A stretch of DNA of 62,947 nucleotides, filler included, from Squatina squatina (taxonomy: Eukaryota), in NCBI GenBank assembly GCA_031763465.1. It is 4 parts of 4 records of this genome, joined end to end, with 100 filler letters (N's around TTAATTAATTAA, not from the genome) between each part and the next. Parts side by side here need not be neighbours in the genome. Positions count along the whole stretch, not along the records: positions 44,702 to 62,947 come from JARFOE010000004.1; 3 more parts are not named here. One strand, written 5' to 3'. Position 1 is the first letter of the stretch. Every line of letters starts with the position of its first letter. The notes beneath the pieces were generated by a model. It saw nothing but the letters and a program-made list of their open reading frames with translations. It had not been told where the DNA came from and made no database searches. Below, piece by piece: positions 48,191 to 59,740 of this stretch. Made by a program: the position numbers and the translations under genes.

Positions 48191-50248
48191 NNNNNNNNNN
48201 NNNNNNNNNNNNNNNNNNNNNNNNNNNNNNNNNNNNNNNNNNNNNNNNNNNNNNNNNNNNNNNNNNNNNNNNNNNNNNNNNNNNNNNNNNAGTTGTGGTT
48301 GTACATTTCTGAGGTTTTATGTTGTACTTCTATTTCAATCTATTAATTCCATTCGCAGGAGTTGGCTGTTAACTATTGCACTGTTTTGATGCTTAAACAA
48401 GCAATCACTACAATGTAAGTGTTGTATTAAAATTTTAGATAAAGAGTGCATTGAGAATAAAACTATACATCCAACTATATTTTGTAAAATTGTCACATTG
48501 TTATCTTTGTTGCTTCAACATTGTAGACTATTGCTTGTATACTACCTTTTTCTGTTTTATTCATTGATCTTTTTACTGATGAATCTCAGTGTAAATATTT
48601 TAAATGATGTTTTCATTGTAAATGATTATAAAAATGAATTTTCTTCACATTATAGTTGTGTTATGGTTTTAACATAGCATCTTGTCCAAGTGTGATTTGT
48701 TTTCTTTCTAGAATAAACCATATGATGCAGCTAGCACGGAATTGTATATCACTTTGTAGGGGAGGAAGTGGAACTCCTGTTGTGTCTTGGTGTAAAGTAC
48801 ATTGTTGGGCAGTACGAGGGAACTTTACCCTTTTCTTAAGTAATGCTATGACTGGGTGCTTAGTGCTCACATTGGGAAAGTACTTAATTTTTCACACTGG
48901 TAAGGATAGCATTGTAAAGCTAAGAAAAATGAATAAGATACAGATCAGGTTATGAGAGCTGAAGTAGAGCTGGCATTAATTTTAACCCTTTGAGCTCCTC
49001 TTACAGTCTTCTTGACAGTTAGATTGCAAGGGCACCATTAAGAAACATCCCTTCCAGAATTTGATACAGAAAATACATCACAATTGGACCTGGTTAACTT
49101 TTCAATGCTTGTCATTTAATTGGATGGAAGCTTGGTCTTTTAAAGGCAGTTTTCAGGTCATGAAAATAACTTTTTCTGAAAAAAAAACTCATTTTCCCCC
49201 ATCTTCAAAACATTTCATTGCTAACTGGTTTCAAAGTGGAAGACCATGGCAAATATAAATTACCCCATTAGCAGGGTCCTTACACCGTTAAATAGCAGCC
49301 CTAATTTAATGGGTTTAATTTGGTTTTGCAATTTCTTGACACTCTTAGAGGTTGATGGTGAGCTCCATGTTTTTTCTTATGCAATTCACGGCGTATCTCT
49401 TCCTCGCTACAAGTTGCTGGATTTTGTACACACCGATAACAGCATGCCCATTTAATTTGCTGTTACTTTGCCAACAAATTCTGGCCCAATACCTGCACCC
49501 TGCTTTCTTCCCAAATCTAATATCTTCCTCTGCTTCAAATATTCAATTCTCCCTTAAAAGGTGCAATGGTCTCTGCCTCAACCCCACCCGGTGGCAACAA
49601 CTTACATTTATATCGTGCCTTTAACATAGTAAAATGTCCCAAGGGACTTCAGAGAAGGCTTATCAAACAAAATTGGACACCAAGCCACATAACGATACTC
49701 GGACAGGTTACCAAAAGCTTGGAAAAAGGTAGGTTTTAAGGTGCACCTTTAAAGGAGGAGCGAGGCCGGAAAGATTTAGGGAGGGAATTCCAGACCTAAT
49801 GGCCGAGGNNNNNNNNNNNNNNNNNNNNNNNNNNNNNNNNNNNNNNNNNNNNNNNNNNNNNNNNNNNNNNNNNNNNNNNNNNNNNNNNNNNNNNNNNNNN
49901 NNNNNNNNCATTTAGCCGAAATTAACTAATTTGCTTTGAAATGCTTATTGTAGAAGACCAATGAAAATGATGAATTCAAATATGATATTAATTCAAAGTT
50001 GTTTTCTGCACTAAAAAAATGCTGAATTAGCCAGCAACTTAAATAAAATACCACGTGGCATTCTGTGCTCAAAATAAATTGAATGAAGGGTTATTTCAAA
50101 TTGAGCGACACTAAATTAAAATATGACTATATATGAAATAGATGAGCTTCATATTTTAAAGAAGTTGGTTTTGATGAATGTTCAGTTGTAAATGACAAGA
50201 TTGCGTCTTTGTGTTAGATTTGATACCTGACAGTGCCATCATTATAAT

Positions 50249-50842
50249 TCAGTTCTCATCACCGCTTAGGATGTTGTACCCTTCTGTGTTATTAGAAAAT
50301 AGGACCTGTCTCGGGTCCTTGAATATCAAAACATCTTTAATTTGACCCACCAGCCCCTGAGTAAAAAGTCCAGCCGTGACGCTCTTCACTTTCCTGGAGA
50401 GCTCAAAACCGCCAATGTAGCAAATCCCCCCATAATTCAAGGCACCGTATCTTCTCTGTAGGTCCAGATCTTCAAAGAGTATCCTCACGCCGTTGTGCTT
50501 GACGGTGATGATGGTCTGGTTTTGGTGAATGGAGACAAAGTGCCATCTATCGCAACACAGTGAGGAGTTTCTAAAGATGAAAGGCTGAGCGATTCTTTCC
50601 CCAAGGTTAACTGCGATCTTAAGGTGCCCGTTGGAGATGCCAACAGCAAGATAATCGTTGTCTTCATCTTCAGCTCTTCCCATCCACAAAACCAGACCAT
50701 CTCTCTCGCTGGTGGTGAAGTTGAAAGAGATGGAGGTAAAGCGAAGATCTCTCTTCAGGTATAGCGGGTCGCTGTGCTTGGCATAAGAGCTGCCAGAAAA
50801 CCTTGCAATGAAAAGAGTGATTCGGTTCTCGCAGTGGACCCC
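50249..50842 (-). CDS. EYS: Eyes shut homolog, last exon (final laminin G domain; 5' part in gap)
   Basis: GLVLWMG..DNDYLAVG..LKIAVNLGERI..CCDRWH..ALNYGGICYIGGFE..EGYNILSGDEN* matches the EYS C-terminus. Confidence 0.95.
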   Translation of the reverse strand, partial: GVHCENRITLFIARFSGSSYAKHSDPLYLKRDLRFTSISFNFTTSERDGLVLWMGRAEDEDNDYLAVGISNGHLKIAVNLGERIAQPFIFRNSSLCCDRWHFVSIHQNQTIITVKHNGVRILFEDLDLQRRYGALNYGGICYIGGFELSRKVKSVTAGLFTQGLVGQIKDVLIFKDPRQVLFSNNTEGYNILSGDEN

Positions 50843-51671
50843 NNNNNNNNNNNNNNNNNNNNNNNNNNNNNNNNNNNNNNNNNNNNNNNNNNNNNNNNNN
50901 NNNNNNNNNNNNNNNNNNNNNNNNNNNNNNNNNNNNNNNNNNTGCAATACCGAAACAGGACCAATGAAATATTCTTTATTCTCTGGGTGCCTCATTCAAG
51001 CCTCATTTTCCTAACGCAGCAAACACAACCAGGGAAACGCATGCTCAAAGTGAAAGACATTTATAACTCCTGACATTTAAGGCTTCTAGCACTGCCACCT
51101 CTCAGATATAATTAGCAACGCATTCCGTGCTCAGTATACAGCTCAATGTTGAAAGGGCCACATTATTTTTAAACCATAATATTGACATGCAGAATATTCC
51201 CTGGAGACCAGTGCAATCTGAAGATTTAGCTGTCAGCACAGTAAACAGTAGGAGCTTTTTTTACATGCTTCTGGAGACTGGTAATCCTCTGTGCAATCAT
51301 TTTTACCCTTTTGCAAAACTGCAAACTCTTTGCAGACTATAACTAATAAAGAATCGTACTATTTTTTTGACGACATAACAGTTTTAAAGGGAAATGCTAC
51401 GCTGGGGTAAAAAAGATATAATGAAGAAAGCGTTACAGCTACGGCCAGGTGCAGTTACATAAGGCATGTATCAGTTTCAGTTAAGGCAGTTCCTTTGATG
51501 AATGTTTCGTTTAACCTTATCTTGGTGATCAGTTTGCCAAACGCAATCTGCATGCTTTTAAAAATATCTTTNNNNNNNNNNNNNNNNNNNNNNNNNNNNN
51601 NNNNNNNNNNNNNNNNNNNNNNNNNNNNNNNNNNNNNNNNNNNNNNNNNNNNNNNNNNNNNNNNNNNNNNN

Positions 51672-52130
51672 AATGGTGGAAAGTGGTGTTCCACAAGGAT
51701 TCAGGAATCAGAGTACAATTTCAAACTTTGAGGATGACACCAAATTGGGGGGGTGTAATTAATACAGATTAGGACTGCAACAAAATACAGAAAGACCATT
51801 AATCAACTTGCAGAATGGCCGTGTAAATGAACTTCAATATAGGCAAGCGTGGGGCAGTACATTTTGGTAGGAAGAATAAAGAGGCCACATACACCTTGGA
51901 AAATAAGTGTCTAAATGGGCTACAGGAGCAGAGGGATCTGGGGGCTACAGATACACAACTCACTAAAAGTAGCAGCGCAGATTAACAAGGTCATTAAAAA
52001 AAGCTAACAAAGCACTGGGGTTCAGTTCTAGAGGGATAGAATTGAAAAGCAGGGAAGTTATGTTAAACTTGCATCGAATCTTGGTTAGACCACATTTGGG
52101 CGTACTATGAACAATTCTGGTAATCATATT
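51672..52130 (+). mobile_element. Degraded CR1 LINE RT fragment
   Basis: Contains tcaaactttgaggatgacaccaaattggg (SKFADDTK-like), cattttggtaggaagaat and ttggttagaccacattt. Confidence 0.8.
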
Positions 52131-52873
52131 GGCCCTGAATTTGCGATCGGAAGCTTCCTGCGTGCGGATGCCTCCAATCGCAAAAAATGTCTACGAACTT
52201 ACCCGACAGTCCGATTTCCACGTAAGCTTGCAATTTTCTGCCCCCATCGTTGTGCGTGGGCAGCGCGGCTCTGTTCTTTGCAGTCTACGTCCTGCGAAGA
52301 GACTGGAGAGGTCACATGGAAGGCCCCAACCCATCAGGGAGGAGTATCTCTCATTCAAGCTTTGACAGATTTGACAGATCTGTCAAAGCTTGAATGAGAG
52401 ATACAAAACTACACAAGCACATCAAAAAACATTGTAACATTAAAATTTAATAAAAATGAGATAAATAATACAAGAAGATATTTTTTAAAATTAAAAATAA
52501 AATCTTTTAAAATGTTTAAAAACATACTGGGAATGGTTTTAAAGTAATGTACCATTAATTTTTTTGATTTTAACTTTTTAAAAAAACTCTTACGCTGGTA
52601 AAACCAAGCCTGTATGCTTGGTTTTACCATGCGTAAAAAATTAAAGAGATTTCCATGGGCAAGAGTTGAGAAAATATCGCAGCTCTCCACCCCGGAAACC
52701 TCTTTTCCAGCAGAAGTGGATGATCTGTCAGGAGAAATCGTGACAGATCACAAGTTCAAGCTCTGTGGGCATGCGCAGTGCAGCCCTAGGTTTGGAACTT
52801 GTGAGGTCCCCCTGGGTGCGTGCGAACACCGTACACACTTGGGGGGACCCAGAGGGATTGCAATTTCAGCTCC
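52131..52873. mobile_element. Non-autonomous DNA transposon (MITE) with imperfect TIRs
   Basis: Starts GGCCCTGAATTTGCGATC and ends GATTGCAATTTCAGCTCC, with an AT-rich core. A similar terminus GGCCCTGAAATTGCGAT occurs at 816. Confidence 0.7.
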
Positions 52874-53197
52874 AAATATTTAAATGCTAGCCAACTTAAA
52901 AAACTGGTCAGTAGCTTCAATAAAAGCCGACCTGCATCCCCCGAAACTGCCCGTCACTCACCATCCTCACTTGGACATACATGGCCATTCCTTCCTCCAC
53001 CATTGTTGGGTTGGTAACCTGCCTAACACCATCACAGGAGCACCATTGCCACAAGGACTGCATCGGTTCAAGGAGAAAGCTCACCACCACCTTCTCAGGC
53101 CAACAAACGGGGCCTTGTCAGCTCTGCTGACCTCCCGCAAACAAAATTAAAAAAAAAATCAAGTGTCCTACTTGCCAACTGCTCAGGTGAGCCTTAC

Positions 53198-53380
53198 CTT
53201 GCCCCTTTTGCCCAGTGAAGAAGATGAGGTTGTCTTTGGTGGCCGAGTCTTGATCTGCTAGGGTAAATTTTAGTCTGAATTCATAGTAGAAGCTGATATT
53301 CTCGATCGTCGAATAAGCCAGGAAGGAGGTAAAGCCAAACTCATCTGTGCCACTAAAGTGCGGGTATGTGATGTTCACAG
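53198..53380 (-). CDS. EYS: EYS internal exon, 183 nt (LamG start)
   Basis: VNITYPHFSGTDEFGFTSFLAYSTIENISFYYEFRLKFTLADQDSATKDNLIFFTGQKGQ(G). Acceptor cttgcag|, donor G|GTAAG. Confidence 0.94.
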
Positions 53381-56300
53381 CTGCAAGATGAACAACAGAA
53401 CAACACTGATAGAATACACAGGTATCAGTCAGAACGACTCAATCCTCAACAGTTTTTTGGTCATCTTGCGACAAATTCGTTGTTTTCACTACTGTTTAAA
53501 AAACTTTTGTTTGTCACCTTAAAAGAATTTGAGGGAAACCTTTCCAAACTGCAAGAAAATGTCACAAAGTACTGGCATTAATCAAAGTCAATAGTTTCTC
53601 TTCCCCAACTGTCTCCCTGTCTCTCATGAAGAAGACACAGTCTATTCCAATGCTCTCCTGGCCGGCCTCCCATCTTCCACCCTCCGTAAACTTGAGCTCA
53701 TCCAAAACTCTGAGAAATATTGACAGGGTATGACAAAGAAAGTAATTNNNNNNNNNNNNNNNNNNNNNNNNNNNNNNNNNNNNNNNNNNNNNNNNNNNNN
53801 NNNNNNNNNNNNNNNNNNNNNNNNNNNNNNNNNNNNNNNNNNNNNNNATCAACGGCACAGAATTCAATCAGGCAAAAGTCTATTGTGGATCAGGCATTCC
53901 TGGAAGCCTGAATCTGCTGCATATTGATAAGCTCTGGAGAAAATATTGATTCAATCACTCTGCCCTATTTAATTAGCTTTGAGGGAAAAAAGCGTTCTTG
54001 AGTCTTAAAGGTATTCTGCACTATGTGGAGACATGCAAATATATTATAAACTGCACCTTGCATTTGTTTGCTTTCATTACAGGTGTTTTCTGTTGAGATG
54101 CTTCAGAAAAAAATTTGTGCAGACAAATACAGAATATAACTGTGTCAGGGACAGTCTGATTCTTTCATTAATTATATATCCATAGACAAAATAAATACAA
54201 GTAAATAAAAAGCAATATGATGGAAAGGTACGTAAGTAGGGTTAAGATCCGCCAATGGGCTTTTTGGACCAAGTGTTTAATTAATACGATTCGTCATGGC
54301 GGTTGGCGGATGGAACAGCTGAATGTCCCCAATAAGGTTTACACCAGTTCACAATGAAGGAGAAGTATTTAAGACACGGAGGTCCTCATTTTGAGCCTGG
54401 TCTGTTTTTCAGTTNNNNNNNNNNNNNNNNNNNNNNNNNNNNNNNNNNNNNNNNNNNNNNNNNNNNNNNNNNNNNNNNNNNNNNNNNNNNNNNNNNNNNN
54501 NNNNNNNNNNNNNNTGGCAATCAAGGAACATCAACCTAAATGTCACATAACCTTGATTATAATAATTTCTAACTTCACTTTAATAGCTCCTAAATTTATC
54601 TTGTTAACCAGCATCCTCCTAATCCGATGCACAAACCTAAATTCCACCAATGGAATGCTTCTCTTGGTATTTGCCAATGACATTGTCAAGGTTCTTTGTG
54701 TACTTTTCCAACTTCTGTTTCTTCCTAATGACATCATTTTGGTTATTAGCTTGAAATTAATTTAGTCCATTAGCCAAGTAAACAGGACTGGAATATTTCA
54801 AACAATATGGCATCTTTAATGTAGGCTTAATGGTTCAACATTGTGCTATTAGTGCAATTATGCAGAGCTTATGATGGAGAGGGTCAGACTGAAATACTAA
54901 TGGGTTGAGTAATAAGTAATAGTTCAGTGTGCATAACATGTCCCAGCCATCCAAACAAAATGGGGTGGGATCCATTTCTATCTAATTGTCTTGAAACAAA
55001 TTTTTAGATTTTCCTTGATGACAAATCGGCTCATTATTGTCAAAAAAAACAGCAGCAACAGCGAGGTGTACAGATGGTTTGGGAATTTGTGGCAGTAGAA
55101 CAAGGCTGGAAGCACCAGTAAACACTCAATTGTATAGTTGCCTGCACAGCACAGGCTTGTTGTAACACGAGAAAGCTTAGAATAAGAAAAGGTTCATTGG
55201 CCCCCATCCTTCTTCTGGTGGGTCTAGACAATTCCCAAGATCCTCATCTGTTCGAAGAGGGATGGGTAGTCCTCCCAATGTCCCGGCCAACATTCTTTCC
55301 CAGACTACAACCACCACCATGAAAACCATGAAAGATCATTTGGTCAATATTCTCAGTGCTATGTCATGCGACCTTGCTGCATATATTATAGTGTTAGAAA
55401 TACAGGCATGGCACAGTGAGGAAGTCCCCTATGTTAAAGGTCCTACATAAATTTAAGTTGTTGTTGTTGCTCTTAGATCCTGGAGTGACCGGGAGGAAGC
55501 AGCCATTGCAAAAGAAGGAACTCATCACATGTGGCAGTCAGCCAGAAAACCTACTTTGAAGAGATGTAATCCTGGGACAGAAGATGACCCACTGTGAGAG
55601 TAACAGAAAAATGCTAGAGTGCTGAGAAAAGTTACATTGAACAATAAGTAGTACGGAGGAAAACTGCAAGATGGCTCAGGGTCTGACATATATGCAGATA
55701 AAAGGGAAAACAAACAAAAAAACACTTGCATTTGTATAGAGCCTTCCATGACCTCTGAATGTCACAATGCGCTNNNNNNNNNNNNNNNNNNNNNNNNNNN
55801 NNNNNNNNNNNNNNNNNNNNNNNNNNNNNNNNNNNNNNNNNNNNNNNNNNNNNNNNNNNNNNNNNNNNNNNNNTGAGTCTTTTCCTTTCACAGATCTGCA
55901 CAAAGTGTATCCAATTTAGTTTGTCTCTGAGGGAAGATGCTGCAAAGTTTTTCACCGCCTTCTCAGCACGAACTAAGTGAAGCTCCTAAATATCTCTTTA
56001 GCTCTTCCCAGTCACCATTATTCATACTTGACCAGTTCCTCTCCACGGATGATGTTTCCATGGCCCCACAGCCCCACAGCGTTCCACAGACTATGTGAAC
56101 ATCTATATTTATAACCTTCTAGACAGTTCCTCACCTTTATATTTATTCAACTCTATTTTATTTTCTTTCAATGTGTTAATCAGCACAATTGCAGCTAGGT
56201 CTGCAGGGAATCTGTCCACACTCCCACCACTCTAGTCTCTAGAGTCTTGCTTGAGACATACTAAATGCACCGCTCATGTCGTCTACTTCCATGCTCATTG

Positions 56301-56974
56301 TCCAAGTTAACTAGCCTGTGGATATTTACATTATTCATCTTTTGTCAGCATTTCGAAGGCACAGAGCATGACCTCGCTCAATCTTTTCTCTAATGAAAAC
56401 ACGGCCAAGAATGTCAAGTCACCTATCGTTTCTGAGCACTCGAATGTCCCGGACTCATTATGGGCTGAATGCAGGCAGAAAGTGATGCTAAATTAATAGA
56501 GAAGCTGTGTCTGCAGCATTGCGAAAGATTAAACAAAGATATGCGGTAGATATCAACATCAAAATATATCTCAAAATGCCTTTTGTAATCATAGAATTGT
56601 ACAGTGCAGAAGGAGGCCATTTGGTCCATCGTGCTTCTGCCGGCTCTATCCAATTAGCCCCCCCATCCCCGCTCTTTCCGCATAGTCCTGCAAATTCTTT
56701 CTAATGTATGTGTGTCTGTTAAATTACACCAGGAATTCTATTCAAGTGAAGATCAGGACAGGTCCACCCAACCTGTCCCATACAGTTATGGTGCCTCATA
56801 CAGTACTGACACTCCCCACTCCCTCCAGAGCCATGCAATCTCCTGGAAGAGACAAAAAAACAGATTAAAACTCAGACACAAAATACTATAGATGCTGGAA
56901 ATCTGAAATCAAAACAGAGAATGCTGGAAATACTCAGCAGGTCAGGTGGGCAGCATCTGTGGAGGGAGAAACAG

Positions 56975-57011
56975 AGTCAACGTTTCAGGTCGATGGCCCT
57001 TCGTCAGAACT
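56975..57011 (-). ncRNA. Minimal type I hammerhead ribozyme in a Penelope-derived repeat
   Basis: Minus strand reads AGUU-CUGACGA-AGGGCCAUCGACCU-GAAA-CG-UU-GACU: intact CUGANGA and GAAA cores, stem I AGUU/GACU, stem II AGG/CCU, palindromic AACGUU in place of stem III. Confidence 0.7.
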
Positions 57012-57579
57012 GGAAAACTGGGTAGAAATGTAGCAGGTTTTCAAGCAAGTGCAGGGGCAGGGAAAGTGGGAGAAAGAACAAAAGGGAAAGTCTGTGATAG
57101 GATGGAAGGCAGGAGAGATTAAAGGATATTAAGAGATGGTACAAGACAAAAGGAGATGGTAATTGGCAAGATATTCATCTGTTGCTCAGGCAGAGATCAG
57201 TACAGACTAGGAATAAAACCTGGGTTCCTCCCTAGTCTGCATGGCTCAGCATATAAACAAATAATTGAATAATATCTCTTTCTTTCAGTGAACCCTCAGA
57301 ACGTTGAGTGGATTATTGCGTTAGAATCTGTGCTTTATACTCCCATATTCCTACGACGCGCTATAGGCTCATTATGCAAGACTCAGTCTGTCCGTTCAGG
57401 ATGTTTCCTCACAAATGTTTAGTTTGACTTGGCATCGCTATGACCAAGCAACTGCTCACCTCCCTTAGCTGTTCCCTCCTGCAATCTGCAGAGCCAAGGT
57501 TACAATGAAGGTTGGCGTCAATTAGTGAGACAGGAATCTTCTCCGAATCTGTCTGCCAGTCCCAGCAGACTCAACCTTG

Positions 57580-57880
57580 TTTTGACACCTTTTGTGCTGC
57601 ACTTTTTCAAAGATTTTTTCAAAATGTCTAGATACACAAATGTCCACTGGACCTTCAACATTCATCAACTTGTAACTTGGTGAGACAAGACCTTCTTTTC
57701 CAGAAACCGTGCTGAGATTCCTTACTCATCCGTTTGCTTTCAATGTGCTCATACAATGCATTGCCAATGATCTCTTCAAGCCAGTTGCTTATTACAAAAG
57801 TCAAACTAATGGTCTCCACAATTTTGACTTACTGCCCTTTCTAAATATTCGTACCACACCGACCTCCTTCTAGTCCATGG
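57580..57880 (-). mobile_element. Degraded CR1 RT fragment
   Basis: Minus peptide NWLEEIIGNALYEHIESKRMSKESQHGFWKRRSCLTKL. Confidence 0.75.
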
Positions 57881-58348
57881 GGAACAATTANNNNNNNNNN
57901 NNNNNNNNNNNNNNNNNNNNNNNNNNNNNNNNNNNNNNNNNNNNNNNNNNNNNNNNNNNNNNNNNNNNNNNNNNNNNNNNNNNNNNNNNNTTCCTTTTTT
58001 CAGCCACCTATATAGACTGGTCATCTATCTCCTTGCTGTTAGTTGGATCTAGCTGTGCGCTGATCAGCTGTGATAGCTACCTACCTAACTACAATTTAAA
58101 AATAATTGTAATAATTATTGGCTGTGAAGCAGTTCAGGACACCCTGGGGATAGAAATGGTGTGACAGAAAGGTAAATTAATTATTTTCTTGTAATTCTTC
58201 TTCTAGACACTGTTAGCTGTTGGGAGGACTTATTACAGACAGATTCAAAAATGGACCATCAGGCAAGGTCCATAGTTCTTAACATCTTACCTTTGACCGC
58301 ATATCCTTAGCAATATTACAAAGCAGTTTATTATCAACAGAAAGTTAC

Positions 58349-58587
58349 CTTTTTCACAGAAATGCCCAGCAAAATGTAGAGGGCAGTCACACTGTAAAGA
58401 TGCAGCACCACTGGGTAACCAGATGTCACGGCATGTACCCCCATTCTGGCAAATGTCTCCTTGGCAGTTGGAGGTCTTTGGTGGTGGGAGTTGCGTAGTC
58501 ATTGCTGGGAGGACAGAGGTTAGTAACACTGGGAGCAACAAGGAGGTTGCATCATCCTCAAGGGCAGTCCCCGATGTTCCTGTTGAA
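58349..58587 (-). CDS. EYS: EYS internal exon (linker plus EGF-like domain; 5' boundary at gap)
   Basis: ...NCQGDICQNGGTCRDIWLPSGAASLQCDCPLHFAGHFCEK matches recalled EYS CQQDVCHNGGTC...FQCDCPLHFTGRFCEK. Donor G|GTAAC. Confidence 0.92.
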
Positions 58588-58994
58588 NNNNNNNNNNGGC
58601 CTACTCCTGCTCCTATTTCTTATGTTCTTATGAGTCGAGCTCTCCAGTGCAGGCAGAACAACGCCAAAAAATATTAAATTAGGCTGACCCCGGGAAATCT
58701 GCAAGAAACCAGAATTAGAACAACTGTCAGCAGCAATACCAATGTGGCAAAACCCTTGCCAGATCAATTCCTATTTTCCACAGAGAAGTTCATTGTGGGT
58801 GCGATTTAATCTCAACAAATCGCCCTTGAGTTTTCATATCTTCACGAAAATGAACAAATGTGAATATACAGCAGACATTCTAGGTTCCCTCCTTCCTCTG
58901 GAAAAAACTGGAGGAAGGAGGAAGAATTATTGTTTCTGGAGGAAGAGGGGAAGGAGGGAATCTAGAAGGTCTCTCTGCTCTACACTCACTATTA

Positions 58995-59740
58995 TCATAG
59001 AATCTTACAGCGCAGAAGCAGGTCATTCGTCCCAATGTGCCTGTGCCAGCCTCTCTGAAAGAGCTAGTCTCACTTCCCTGCTCTGTCCCGATATCCCTGT
59101 ATTTTTCTCCCCTTCAATTATTTATCCAATTCCCTTTTGAAAGTTACTACTGAATCTGCTTCCTCCACAACTTTCAGGCAGGGCATTCCAGATCATCCCA
59201 ACTTGCTACATAAAAAAAAATCATCCTCAACTTACCTCTGGTTCTTTTGCCAATTATCTTAAATCTGTGTCCTCTGGTTACTGAATCTTCAGCCAATGGA
59301 AGCAGTTTCTCCTGNNNNNNNNNNNNNNNNNNNNNNNNNNNNNNNNNNNNNNNNNNNNNNNNNNNNNNNNNNNNNNNNNNNNNNNNNNNNNNNNNNNNNN
59401 NNNNNNNNNNNNNNCAAGGGTTTGATAGGATAGAGGTAGAGAAGATGTTTTCATTTGTTTTCCAAAACTAGGGGTCATAAATACAAGATAGATACTAATA
59501 AATCCAATAAGAAATTCAGGAGGAACTTCTTCACCCAGAGAGTGGCTAGAATGTGGAACTCACTACCACATGGAGTAGTTGAGGGGAAGCTAGATTGGTA
59601 CATGAAGGAGAAAGGAATTGACGGATATGCTGATCGGGTTTGATGAAATAGAGTGGGAGGAGGCTCCTATGGAGCACAAATACAGGCATAAACCAGTTGG
59701 GCCGAATGGCCTGTTTCCAGGCTGTAAATGCTATGCAATT
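58995..59740. mobile_element. Two CR1 3' ends (reverse 58995-59314, forward 59415-59740)
   Basis: TRGHKYKI...FRRNFFTQRVARMWNSLP plus typical tails. Confidence 0.87.

Noticed and set aside
58558-58587. Apparent premature stop in EYS (FNRNIGDCP*)
   Set aside because: Wrong frame. The EGF-containing frame is open to the gap (STGTSGTALEDDATS...).
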